A stretch of DNA of 63,768 bases, filler included, from Licmophora abbreviata (GCA_900291995.1; 7 parts of 7 records of this genome joined end to end with filler, not necessarily neighbours in it), one strand, 5' to 3'. Shown: positions 46,676 through 58,737, counted from the first letter of the whole stretch. Notes: generated from the letters alone by a model not told the origin. Translations and numbers: made by a program.

Positions 46676-48694
46676 TCACATTCGGTGTGGAAACATTTTT
46701 GTCATTTCCAACGCCCGGTCGAGTTCTTCCGGCGTAATGTCATTCACACAGATGCTCTCGCCAATCTCCGTAATCAGAGGAATGCGCATTTCACCATGAC
46801 GATGCTCAATCGCATCCTTGCAGCTCTGCCACGCCAATTCGGATTCGAAATTGGGGGAGTGCGTCGGTAGCGACAGGGCCTGCATGCAGTCAAAGACGCG
46901 TTGAACCAGTTCCATGTCAATGTAGCCGCGCAAATGACTCAACACGCAGCAAAAGAAGCCATCGACGTTGACAGCCTCTCCGTGCATAATGTCCGCGCCA
47001 GGGACCATTTCCAAGAGTTTCGAGAATGTATGGCCTATTGAGGTGGAAAGTAGAAATAGATAAGAGAAAGATTCTGGCAGACAAAACGCGTGGATCCGTT
47101 CAAGCATCCCTTACCGTAATCGACACAACGTTCAAGCTTATGTTCCCACAGGTTGGGCCCAAGTTCTTCCAGCATGATTTGAATTGACAAATCAATGATA
47201 CGACCGCTCACACCCTCAGGAACCGAAGCCGTCGGGGCAAACTGTGACTCAATCAAGGCACCCCCATGCGTCTCCAGCAACTCAAAGAGATCGGGAGACC
47301 GTACTAGCGCCAACTTCAGGATTTCGCCAAAGCCGTTCGAGACATTACGCCTATCTTGCGTGACAATGAAGGAATTATCCAGGAGACACGCGCTTGGAGC
47401 ATAGAAGGAACCGATGCGGTTCTTGTAGGTGTCGTGCGTTACATCACAGCAATAGTCGACGCCGTTTTTGACTCCGACACTGGCATCAACAATAGATAAC
47501 AGTGTGGTCGGGACACGCACAAACGGGACTCCGCGACGGTACAGGCAAGCAGCCATGCCGGCAATGTCCAACAAGACGCCGCCTCCAATGGCAAGGAACG
47601 GCTCGCGGCGACGGAGCTTGTATAAGCACATTTCGTCCAAGAGCTTGTCGACAGCCTGTGCGCGTTGTGAAAAGCAAGTGCAAGGTGAGCGACGACTCGG
47701 AACTCGAGATCACCAGTCAGAAGAACAGAGGAAGAACGTACCTCGGGACGTTTGTCAGCTTCGCCACCATTCAGAAGAACCGTGTGGAGCTCAATACCAT
47801 GCTCGACAAAGTACTTGCGGATCTTGTCGCCATAAATCTGATCGACCGCGTCGTCGATGACAGCAAAGCGGCGATTGTATCCTTCCGGGTGCACCCCAGT
47901 AGCCTCAAGCAACTGACGATTGGTGGGATGTAAGAGAGTGCCGTGGGGAACCATGTTGACATCATACGATATGGGTAGCGAGAAGATGTTGCGCCACCCG
48001 CGCGTGGCGGACACGACCGTCGTCTTGGTCGTCACTGTCGCCGATGGCTTCTTTTCGACACTGGTCATTTCCGACGTAGTAGTCTTGGTGAATTCAAAGA
48101 CATTCTCCGGGGCGCGCTCTAGGGGACGTAACACCACCTTGGCGCCCGTTTCGGCGCACTCCTCCTCAAGCTCGCCGAGACTGTCGGTTTTGTCCGCGCT
48201 ACTCGCCTCATCTGAGTTGCTACTGGATGTCATGCTAGAGATTGAGGTCGAGCTCGGGCGAGTGGAGGACGTTATGCCACTGGAAGTTCCCGACAGTTCC
48301 GAGCTAACAAGTTTTGCCCTTACTTCTGGCGGCAGAGACGACCATGCCTCCAGAAGACTAGCGGGCAAAGTCGGATTGCCCTTGGCGTCGACATCCAATC
48401 CTGATACCTCCTCGCTGGAGCAGAGAGCAAAGAAGCGGCGGAAGCTCATGGTAAGTAAGCAGATATGAATTTCGAAGACGAAGGTGTGGAGGGTAGAGAA
48501 AATGAACCAGAATCCGGTATTGGCGAGACAAGTCTTGCATGATGAAGAACGGAAAGCAGACCTCGATGTTTCAACACGAGAATTCTTGTTCTTGAGACAA
48601 CAAATTCATCGAATTTCCTGTCAGTTTTCGTAACTTACCGAATCTGGTCCATTGCCAGCTCGGACGACTGTTTACGAATGGTCTTGATGGTCAT
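46676..48694 (-). CDS. EEVS: Sedoheptulose-7-phosphate cyclase, 2-epi-5-epi-valiolone synthase (EEVS) type, 542 aa
   Basis: Exons 48694-48639, 48414-47742, 47655-47115 and 47034-46676 splice in frame. Motifs GGGVLLD, PTTLL..VDASVGVKNGV, MLEELGPNLWE, RCVDYGHTFS and HGEAV. Confidence 0.88.
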
Positions 48695-48833
48695 GTTGGT
48701 GCTGATTTCGGCAAAGGGGACTCTCTACTACGCAATGCCGACGACCGGAATGCTTTTGTTTTCCAAAAAAAGGGCCTTCCAAAAAGTGTCTTCGTTCGTC
48801 ATCGGAGGGCTTGAATTTTCCAACTTCCTCTCG

Positions 48834-48948
48834 TGACGTCATGTGGCGTGATCCCCGCATGTGTAGGAAATGTACTGAGTTCTACGACGTCCTTGAAGTT
48901 GCCCAGCCGTCACGCTGTTAAGCATGATGCGCGCGGAGAGTGTGACGT
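48834..48948. promoter_or_regulatory. Two TGACGT (CRE/aureochrome-type) boxes upstream of EEVS
   Basis: TGACGTCA at 48834-48841 and TGACGT at 48943-48948, 140-255 nt upstream of the ATG. Function is inferred only. Confidence 0.4.
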
Positions 48949-49173
48949 TGCTCGCTCTGGGTGCGTGCGTGGCCAAAGTCGAACGTTGTGGGTGAACCGT
49001 GTCTTGGCGTTTCGATTGGTTGAGCTCTGAGAAATGGGAGCTCTAGCAAGACCTACTAGGCGAGATGGTCGAATGAAATATGTTCAATGTTGGAAAAATA
49101 CGTGATATTTGTAGCTAAGAGAAGAGTAACTCTTCCACATCTGTTAGAATAGATTTATCAGTGGCTTCCTCTT

Positions 49174-50393
49174 CTAGTTAAGCCTTCGCTTCTTGGAAAA
49201 GTCGCTTGTCGATTCCTTATGAATCTTCTCAAACACTGCACTGAAATCCTCGTCGGCGATCTTTAGCTCCTCGTCCTGACGAGCATCCCGGAACACTCTC
49301 TCCGCTTGACTCATTACGGAGAACTCGACACCCGCCTTTTCCGCCATATCCTTAGCCAGTGCCATGTCCTTATGCGCGTGCTTCAGCGGGAAATTCGGTG
49401 CGTGGTCCTTGACGACCATCTTTGGTCCCTTGAGCGAAAATACGGGACTTTGAATCGCTCCCTGCCCAATGACTTCGATCATCTTGGATGGATCCAACCC
49501 AACCGACTCTGATAGAGCGATGCCTTCGCCAAATGCCGCAAGCATCGTTCCCATCAACGAGTTGACGACTAACTTGGCGCGAGTGCCATATCCCACCTTT
49601 GTCTGAAAGAAATGACTCGCTTTTCCCATGGCAGCAAGACCCGTGGGCTCGATTTCTTGAAAGAGCTCTTCCGAACCAGCGCACAGAAAGATGAGTTGAC
49701 CAACAGCAGCAGGAACCTTGGATCCCGAGACGGGAGCCTCGAGGAAACGACCTCCCTTGGCGACGACAGCTTCGTTCATTCGCTGCATGTCCGATTCCGC
49801 GAGTGTAGCGCAGTCCACAATGGCCTTTCCAGGCCCCACTCCCGCCAGAACACCATTGTCGCCTTCAAACACGGCTCGACTCGCTTCAGGTGTCGACAAC
49901 ATGGAGTACGTCACTCCGCAGGCCTCAACGACCTCTCTCGCGGTTCCTTTGACGACAATACTCTTATCAGCATACTTGTCTTTGAATTCGACGCATTTGG
50001 AGGCAGTACGAGTCCAGATAACAAGTGGGGTTGACTCAGTTCCGGCGACGCCCTCTGACAACAGCCTAGCGGCCATTCCTTCTCCCATGATTCCGATTCC
50101 GACGAAACCTACAGCTGACATGGTCACAGTGCTTGATCGTTTTCTTCTGCTGGTGAATGTACTGTGACGAGGGGAAAGAGCATGGACGCGGGAGGTAAGA
50201 TAAGACCGTGAGAGAAACTCTTGCTAGGCAGAAGTCTGGAGACGTCCCCGTGTGGCTGTCCTGTACTCGTCGAGACGTACCGACCAGCCGGCAGACCGGA
50301 TCGAATCACAAAGGCGACGCCACCAGCCGCTTCCAACAGCATCACACACAGAAGCAGCCAAGATAGTGACAAGCTCTGTCTTTGCAACGGCAT
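49174..50393 (-). CDS. GLYR: Glyoxylate/succinic semialdehyde reductase (GLYR, beta-hydroxyacid dehydrogenase family) with bipartite plastid presequence
   Basis: GFVGIGIMG, FLEAPVSGSK, AKLVVN and NFPLKHAHKDM motifs. Exon 1 (50393-50281; signal peptide, GVA-F) is joined in frame by intron 50280-50162. Confidence 0.85.
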
Positions 50394-50750
50394 TCTCCTT
50401 GATCTCTTGGCGACTCTGACTCACCGTTTCAAGTCTACACACGGACTGTGGCCTGATGATGCGTGTTTTTGTGAGGCCAATGATGGCGAAAAACCTTCCA
50501 ACTGCCGCAAGAGAAAAGCGCGGGAAAGCACTTGTGGCACGATCTTTTCCACCGTAGAAGTCAGTACTCAAGTGCGTGCATGGTACTCCAGGCAACGCCT
50601 CTTTACGTACACAAGGTCATGAGCTTCAGAACAACTTCGAGCTCCTCCGACATTCTACGACCGTCCATCCATTCTTGCTCTAGTTTTGTCTCTCTGCTTC
50701 TTTGTTCATTCAATCACCGCTGCTTCATTGATTTTGATTCGATTACGACC

Positions 50751-51627
50751 ATGGCAACTCGTTGTTCGTTTGAGAATTCGAATGAGATAGGCGTCTTTGC
50801 CGCTCTAACTAATAGCTACTGTCTGACTGGTGAGTTCTGCTCTTGTTCTTTTGTTTTCCTTCTGTAGAATTGTGCACTACACCTTGTTCTTGACGACGTG
50901 TACTCACTTCTGTTTAATCTTCCAATACCCTCGCACTCGCACTCGCACTCGCACAGGCATCGGTGGCTCGGAAAACTTTTACAGTGTCTTTGAGAGTGAA
51001 TTGAGCGAGCACGTTCCCGTAGTACATGCAACAATCTCGGGCTGTCGCTTCGTCGGTCGCACGACCGTGGGCAATCGACGCGGACTGCTCGTTCCCAACA
51101 CGACGACCGACCTCGAACTCCAGCATCTTCGCAACTCCCTACCAGATAGTGTTGTGATTCAGCGTATTGAGGAGAGGTTGAGTGCGCTGGGAAACATTGT
51201 ATCCTGCAACGATCACGTCGCCTTGGTGCACCCCGATGTCGATCGCGAGACGGAAGATGTGATTAGTGACGTACTAGGAGTAGAGGTCTTTCGACAGACC
51301 GTCGGGGGACAAGCGCTCGTGGGAAGTTATAGTAAATTTACGAATCAAGGTGGCATGGTTCATCCCCGAACGACGGTCGAAGATCTTGAGGAATTGAGCT
51401 CGTTGCTACAAGTGCCGCTCGTGGCAGGAACAGTGAATCGTGGAAGTGACGTGTTGGGTGGTGGATTAGTGTGCAATGATTGGGCTGCCTTTTGTGGCTT
51501 GGACACGACGGGAACGGAAATAAGTGTCATTGAAAGTATATTCAAGCTGAGACGAGGTCAAGGCGAACAGCAGCAATCATCGATTGTCACTGATATGAGG
51601 AGTAGTCTCATTGATCAGTTGAGCTGA
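50751..51627 (+). CDS. EIF6: Eukaryotic translation initiation factor 6
   Basis: [33 protein letters not shown] and VAGTVNRGS motifs. Intron 50830-50956. Confidence 0.97.
50930..50953. repeat. (CTCGCA)4 hexamer repeat at the 3' end of the eIF6 intron
   Basis: Read directly from the sequence. Confidence 0.9.
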
Positions 51628-51998
51628 GCAAATGGTTCAGTATGTTGAGATTCAGTGGCCCGTGGTTAAAGGATAATAATGACTTGTTGGACAATAGTCG
51701 ACGTAGTCTAGCTTTCTAGAGACTACGATTTGGTTTATTCATTCGTTCATTTGCAAGGTTTCTTCTGTCACTCCGTCCGTCTATGAAAACGTGCGACATG
51801 CGCGAAAGTGAGGCTCGCGCCATGATGAGAACTGTGCGCGGCTTCTCAAGAAAAAGTGAAAAGAAGTTCTCACAAATTGAAATTGTGAGAGAATTCTGTT
51901 GTCATCTCGTCATCATACTATCGTCGTCGTTGATGGCAGCCGGAAGACAATCCCAGTTCTAGTTTAGGTGCATAAATACACAGAGGAGAGTCTATAGA

Positions 51999-53495
51999 AT
52001 GGATTTTCTTGTGAACGACGGCGACGCGGAAATGGCAAATTTGATCACGACGACCGATTCACGAATCTTGACACTTCCGCAAGATTGCAAGAACTACATG
52101 CTTTCCTTTCTAGTCATGCGAGATTGTCTCATGCTGGGGTCTACTTCCTCCACTACTCTACATGACATTCGATATGATCTAGAGCGTCGACAGAAGCGCA
52201 TGACGCAGACCTTCACTTACTCTTCCAAGAAGAACATCAGAGGAGATGGATCTGGTCCACCAACCGACTGGAAGCTTGGTGAGCCCATCGATACTACGTA
52301 TGGCGACCGCAAGCAAAGCCCCGATGGCGGTTATAATAAACAAGCGTATGTCCTTCCGACTGTCCGCGATCGGGTCGAAGTATTGTGTCGCAACATGTCT
52401 CTGTCGCACCCGCTGGCGGGAAGCGTGCGCGACTTGAGAAACGAAATTCTCGAACCAAGTCGTGCCCAAGATGCTGCGACGGGTTCATCATCGGCATCAG
52501 AGCAGGCGATGAATGATGAGAACGACGATATGGGAGAATCACCATTGCCGTTTCAGCTTGCACTCGCCAACATCGCCAGGTTGACACGTTCTCATCGTCT
52601 CCATGCGTTCGTCTTGCGACGCGCCATCCAGTCCGAACCGACCCATTGGGAACGAGGATACTCGGGTGCACGCAGTCACTATCGTCAACCGGGGAATACT
52701 AATAGTGTGGGTTTAAATATCTTGACGGTAACACTGGAACGCTACATGGGAGATGTGCTGTGTGCGTACTACTTGATGGGACATGCGGCCGCAGGAATTG
52801 TCGAGGGTAGTCCTACCGAGGAAGCCTGGATTGAAAGCATTCTCAAAAGCCTCGACTATGGATTGCCGCAGCAACGTGGGCAAGCGTCCGAGGATACTGA
52901 TCCGGTCGGACCAGCAAGCTTTCCTGCCGTTTCGGCTCGTAGACCGGGCCGAGCAATTGCATCGTACCGCACATGGATCTTCCTGCACAGCACATTGCTT
53001 CGAACCGCAGCTTTCACGTGGGACCAACAGATGGTCTTGGGCATTGCATCCCCATTGTCGCTACCGTCTGCTGGTTCTGAGAATCCTGTGGCTTCCTCTC
53101 GTGGGTCACTGTTGAGGCCACACAGACCCTTTTCCGGGTGTCGGAAACGACCCTTCGCAGAGATGTTTAGTAGCATCGACATCCTGGAGCCGCTGCGAGT
53201 CACGTTCAACGACTTTGGTCGCCTCGGGATGACGTTCCGTGGACGCGATTTAATCCAATCGCACACGCTACATCCCTCCGGCTGTTTGGATATAATCATG
53301 GCTTTCGAGCAAATGGGAACTGATATGTACGAAGCACAGGAGCATCAACTCGACGGTGCGTTTGTGCGCTCGTGGATCTTGGGCGACAGCGCTGTTATGC
53401 AGTGGCTTGTGGAACTTCACACGGAAGGCTCCAAGGTGCGACCATTGACGGTAACGCCGCCCCTCGTGACAATACGATGTACGAGTACAGGCTAG
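51999..53495 (+). CDS. Hypothetical protein with an F-box-like N-terminal motif
   Basis: 498-aa uninterrupted ORF. ILTLPQDCKNYMLSFLVMRDCLML resembles an F-box; the remainder is unrecognised. Confidence 0.6.
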   Translation: MDFLVNDGDAEMANLITTTDSRILTLPQDCKNYMLSFLVMRDCLMLGSTSSTTLHDIRYDLERRQKRMTQTFTYSSKKNIRGDGSGPPTDWKLGEPIDTTYGDRKQSPDGGYNKQAYVLPTVRDRVEVLCRNMSLSHPLAGSVRDLRNEILEPSRAQDAATGSSSASEQAMNDENDDMGESPLPFQLALANIARLTRSHRLHAFVLRRAIQSEPTHWERGYSGARSHYRQPGNTNSVGLNILTVTLERYMGDVLCAYYLMGHAAAGIVEGSPTEEAWIESILKSLDYGLPQQRGQASEDTDPVGPASFPAVSARRPGRAIASYRTWIFLHSTLLRTAAFTWDQQMVLGIASPLSLPSAGSENPVASSRGSLLRPHRPFSGCRKRPFAEMFSSIDILEPLRVTFNDFGRLGMTFRGRDLIQSHTLHPSGCLDIIMAFEQMGTDMYEAQEHQLDGAFVRSWILGDSAVMQWLVELHTEGSKVRPLTVTPPLVTIRCTSTG

Positions 53496-53635
53496 TTGGA
53501 ACTACTTGAAGTAGTGGTGTGGTTGTTGCGTGGAGAGGTGATCCATGTTAGATAATTGAATATAATTTTCCATAATGAATGCTATGTTCCTTCCGTAGTT
53601 AAGACTGTGCTCCTAGAGCAAACTGATTGAGGCTT

Positions 53636-55788
53636 TTACACTTGGGGTGGTACATATGATGCCGATCCTTCTGTAATGCTTATCGGTCCGGCAAGACTCG
53701 TCTGCGGGTTAGACCATATTTCAGGGCCTGCAGAGCGACAGGAATTGCATGAGAAACTTGTAACGCGGGAGGATCACAGCGAGCACAACGAAAACAACTC
53801 TAGCGCCAGAGTGCAACAGATCATTGGGAATCACCTACTTACCATTGTTAAATCCCAACTGTTCCTCCATTGCTTTTTTCCTTTTCCGTTTCTTCTTCGC
53901 CTCCTTGAACTTTTGGTTTTCGAGTTCTATTGCCTCACGAAGCTTGCTATCCACATCGCCGGTTCTCACGTCGTGTGGGTGCTTGACGATGTAGCTGATA
54001 CAAAACAGGGCCAAGCCGGCGAGCAACGAAATATACAAGCCAGGAATCAACCGCGGAAACAGGGCGTATTCGTCGTCGCCCGTCAGCGCTTCCGCGCGAA
54101 AGTAGAGAAAGGTAGCGACGAGCGGCATGGTACCCCCAAAGAGTGTGGCGGACGTGTTGTGCCCGATCGCCACACCCGTAAACGAAAGCGTCGGATCGGC
54201 CATCCATAGTTCCACCTCCCACGCGGCCTTGGATCCCTCCACGAGCGCGAGACAGGCAATGAACTGGATCTGCGCCAAGAATATCCCCAGGTTGCTTTCG
54301 CTCTCAAACATGCCAAACATGGTGGGACCAGCGATCATCAATCCGGGTAGTCCAATACGAACAAGGTCGTTCCGGTGAGGAAACATGTCTGATAACTTGC
54401 CGCAGACAATGAGCATGACAATATACAGCCCAACGACGCAGAAATTCATAAAGTCTGCCTGCTGTCCCGACATGAGACCGCGAAGCTCTGACAAATAGAC
54501 AGGCGTCCAGAGAAAGACAATATAGAAAGAGCTTGTAGTGGCGCTCAACACACCGATCATGCCGGCCAACTGCCGCCTGCGAAATGGCGAGCTGAGTAGA
54601 TCGACGACGGCTGGGCGTTCTTGGTGCTCACTTTCGCGAATGAACTCTTCCGCCTCTTTCTGCTCGGATCTCTCTGCCCATAATTTCGATTCTTCTGTGT
54701 TACTGACAATGTGATACAGGCAGGGTGCTAAACAAAGCGAGAACCAGAACGGAATACGCCAGCCCCAGTTGTCGATCTGATTTTCCGATAGAATCCTCCG
54801 AGTAATCGTCGTGACTGCCGATGCCAACAGGAATCCACCCACCTAAGATAGCAATAAAAGGAGTGCCACGGCGGTTAGGCGCATCTGGACACGGAGGCGA
54901 AAGCATATGTCACAGAAGAAATCTCGTACCGAACTAGCGTCGCAAATACTGCCACGAAAACCTCTATTTGATGCAGAACTCTGTTCGATACTCAGGACAT
55001 ACGAGCCGGCAAGCTGGCCACCCACACTAAGACCCTGCAACATTCGAAGGAGAATCAACAGAATCGGCGCTGTGATTCCAATCATATCGTACGTGGGAAG
55101 TAATCCCATCAAGACGGAGGGTACCGTAATAAGGACAATGGAGAAAGCAAGCGCGTTCTTTCGACCGACTATCCTGTCGCCAATTTCACCAAAAAATATG
55201 GCTCCAAGCGGGCGCATCAGAAAAGCGGCAAGATAGACACCGAAAGAATTGATAAGCTGAAGTTCCCGGGATGAATTTGGGAAGAAGGAACTGCCAATTT
55301 CGGGAGCAAGGAGACCGTACACAGCAAAGTCATACCTACAGAGAGAGGAGCGAGTTAGTAAAGGGATGAGTGAGACGTGGCAAGGTTGTGATTTCTCAGC
55401 AACTATCAAACCCCATTGGTTCGTGAGTCAGAGTCACTTGTTCTATGTTCTCGACATGGCTAGGAGACTCGCCCCTCGCTCGGGATCTACTATCTAGGTG
55501 AGAAGTCATCACCCTCACGACGGGTCGTCGCACGATACTCCAACCGTAAGTCATAGGTCGCACTCACCACTCGTAAATATTCCCCCCGACACCACTCAGT
55601 AGTCCCCAGATGTTATCATCGCCGTGCTCGTTTTCTGACATGCTGTAAAAAGAAATTTCTTCCTCTTGCATGGACTTTTGTGTCTTCAAAGACTCTCGTT
55701 GCAAAGTGTAGTCGCGATGAACATTCTCCATGCCCTCAATCGCCTGTGGCGACGACGTGGAGTCGTTTCCCTCATTCGTGGTAGACAT
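53636..55788 (-). CDS. MFS transporter, metabolite:H+ symporter (ProP-like proline/betaine) family
   Basis: GNIYEW|YDFAVYG, FLMRPLGAIFFGEIGDR.GRK and LRMLQGLSVGG motifs. Four exons; the last ends ...YVPPQV* at 53636. Confidence 0.88.
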
Positions 55789-56299
55789 GGGTATGCTGTC
55801 TGACGGAAGGGTTACAAATTGGATTCCAGGGTGAGGAATAGTACCACCAAGTTCAAGTGGAGGAAGAGAGTCACACTTCAGTTTGCAGAGTTCATCAGTC
55901 CAAATTTCATGGTCACAAAATTCACATTTTTTGGGGCGGCGCAAGAAAATGATTGCGTTTTCAGACTCACCTGTCACGCCCAGAACAGTCCGCCTCTCGT
56001 CTACAACCTACAATAGTTGAGACCTTTCACCTCTTGGATACCAAAAGAGAGACGAGGACAGTGATGAAGCCCCAGTCGTCGCCGTGTATTGAGACTGAGC
56101 GGCCAATGCGGCTGTCGAAATTTTGGTGACTGGAGGATTGAAAGCTGTATACGGGTGTGAATACTCGGTCATGTTCACTTGGCGAATTTATTCAACCTTC
56201 GGAGATGTATTTAATCTAAAATAATACTGCGAACCCTACGCGCCGGGCGGTCTCCTTTTCTCGATCCGAGCATCTCGGCCACGTGCTCAACGTCACACA

Positions 56300-56399
56300 N
56301 NNNNNNNNNNNNNNNNNNNNNNNNNNNNNNNNNNNNNNNNNNNTTAATTAATTAANNNNNNNNNNNNNNNNNNNNNNNNNNNNNNNNNNNNNNNNNNNN
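56300..56399. other. Artificial spacer
   Basis: N44-TTAATTAATTAA-N44. Confidence 0.97.
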
Positions 56400-56504
56400 G
56401 GCTTTGAGATATCGATTGATTGGTTGCCATGTCTATTGCAGCCAACAGTAGATGTTGTCAAATTATCCCTGTTCGCTTCCTCGACCAGCAGCCACTCGTT
56501 CTTT

Positions 56505-57432
56505 CTACTTTTGTTCCGTCGATACACTATCTTGCTCGTCCACGTTCAATTCTACGCCACAAGCGCTAACAATGATTCGCTTCCGCGGCGTCCCCGATCG
56601 ACTGCCATACGATTCGATCCGTTTTACAAGATTCCACCCTTCTACCACAGTCCCAAAGACGACGTGCCGACCATCCAAGTGAGGCGTTCGCTTGGTCGTA
56701 ATATAAAACTGTGATCCATTTGTATTACGTCCCGAATTGGCCATGGCCAGGATGCCAGGACCGAGATGCTTCAGTTGGAAGTTCTCGTCGTCAAAGTGCC
56801 TCCCATAAATGCTCCTGCCGCCAGTCCCATCGCCTCTTGTAAAATCACCTCCCTGAATCATGAAATTGGGAATGACACGATGGAAGGGTGTATTGCGATA
56901 TGTGGCAACGGACTCGTCTCCATTGGTGCAGAGCGTTTCGAAGTTCCGGCACGTTTTGGGGACAATCGTTCCATGCAATCCCAGCACGATGCGTCCGGCG
57001 TCTGCTCCATCAATCGAAACGTCGAAATAGACACGAGAGGTAATTTCAGCCTGTGGGGAGACTTTATAACAGAAAGCGTCGTTTTAGGAAAGTATAACCG
57101 TGTGAGGAAACTGAGAGTCCCAGAGATGGTGAGAACGATGGTTTGGTTTTGAGTACAGTCTCACCTGGTTCAGACCCAGCAGCTCCGTCGTCATCAGTAT
57201 CTGTTTCTCCTCCCAGCTGAAGCTTTCCCAGTACATAGTAGGCTGAATAGGCAATTCCTCCCGCAGCCGCAAAGGTGAATAGCTGCTGCATGATGCCACC
57301 GCCGCTAGTGGAGGGTCGAGACGACGAAAATGAGCGACACAACAACGAGGAGGACCAAATTGGATTCCTTCGAGACGCGAATCGATGATTCACGAGCCGC
57401 CTTGCTGTAGAAGTAGAAGAGAGAGAAATCAT
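56505..57432 (-). CDS. Cyclophilin-type PPIase with a mitochondrial-type presequence and a hydrophobic helix
   Basis: [28 protein letters not shown] and NTNGSQF motifs. Exon 1 57432-57165, intron 57164-57062. Confidence 0.92.
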
Positions 57433-57655
57433 GGCAGTCTAGTGGTCAAAACGATCCTTCTGTCCATGTCGTCGTCGAAACACAGAACACATACAGCTGT
57501 CGTCGCATGAGGCTGTGTTGCTGATTGTGATCAACTTTGAAACTCCTCGCCGTCGCGAGGATTTCGATGTTTGGATGTTTGGCGGTCTGTCTGTAGATAC
57601 GTACACAAATACTGCCGTCTGTCTGTGACACCACATCCGGACTGCTCGCGGCCGC

Positions 57656-57698
57656 AAACTGAAAACTGAAAACTCGAAAACTCAAAACTCAAAACTCA
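57656..57698. repeat. Imperfect heptamer tandem repeat AAAACT(G/C) upstream of RanBP1
   Basis: aaactgaaaactgaaaactcgaaaactcaaaactcaaaactca. Confidence 0.8.
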
Positions 57699-57773
57699 CT
57701 TTCTAGTTACTCTTCATCATCGGTCGGCATTGCTGCGGAACGAGCGTCTCGCGAAACATCACGAAGAAGCACA

Positions 57774-58558
57774 ATGAGCGCAGAAGAAGAAAAGACGGAA
57801 GTCCCTGCTACGGCCGAGGAGACTCCCAGCGGGAAAGAGAAAGAGGAAGAGCAGGAGGAAGAAAGCACAGCCCAGTTCGAGGCGGTGGTGAGTGCTGTGG
57901 GAACGATCCTTCTGTAGAACCCTACGTGACAGTCAGTACTGTCAGTCTTAGTTTGTGGATCCGCAAAGTCCATGGCTACCTGACGCTCATATCGTGTCAA
58001 TTCTCTCTCTCTATCGCTGTCCAGGTCACACTAGAACAGGTGGAAACGAACACGGGTGAAGAGGAGGAGGAGACTGTCTTCGGGGAACGCGCCAAGCTTT
58101 TTATTTTCGGAGAAACGCTCCTCGACAAGGGCACGGGCAAGAAATCCTGGCGGGAGCGTGGCATTGGGGAGATCCGCATCCTTCGTCATTCCGAGCACCA
58201 GCGTCTTCGAATCCTCATGCGCCAGGAGAAAACCATGAAGCTCATCTGCAATCACGCCCTCGATCCCAGAATCTGTATCGAACCGAATGTCGGAAGCGAT
58301 CGGAGTTGGGTCTGGACTGCCTATGATTTTGCCGAGGGAGAAGAACTCGTCGAGACCGTCTTTGCCGTTCGATTCGCCAACTCAGATATCGCCGACAACT
58401 TTAAGGAAAAGTTCCTCGAATGTCAAAAGGAAATGGAAGCCCTGCTGGCGGGAGAAGACAAGCCCGGGGAGGATGGAGGCGCCGCCGCCGAAGAGGTGGC
58501 TGACGCGCTTGCGGGACTTTCCACCAACGAGGGCGAGGAGGATAAGGGCGAAGCGTAG
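57774..58558 (+). CDS. RANBP1: Ran-binding protein 1 (RanBP1/Yrb1)
   Basis: FEAV|VTLEQVETNTGEEEEE, WRERGIGEIRIL and GSDRSWVW motifs. Intron 57888-58024. Confidence 0.93.
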
Positions 58559-58737
58559 ATTTCCAAAGACGACGCGGAGTGTGGAGACAACAAGCGAGCC
58601 GAGTGAGTCGTGTGAAATACAGTAGTATCAGGCTCTAGAGCAAAGCTATGTTTCGTTCTACTGTAGTAGCCACCAGATCCACAATGGAGACTTTATTTGT
58701 ATTTTGAGCCCCACGACAGCATCAACGCCATATCATG

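Noticed and set aside
46676..48694. 3-dehydroquinate synthase (aroB) or DDGS/mysA call
   Set aside because: It lacks the AroB R..LN(F/L)GHT and DDGS MLELE/AYGHTWS motifs and shows the EEVS-type MLEEL.PNLWE/VDYGHTFS.
49174..50393. GLYR as the oxidoreductase partner of EEVS in a biosynthetic cluster
   Set aside because: It has canonical GLYR motifs, no methyltransferase domain and a plastid presequence, while EEVS appears cytosolic. Adjacency alone is weak evidence.
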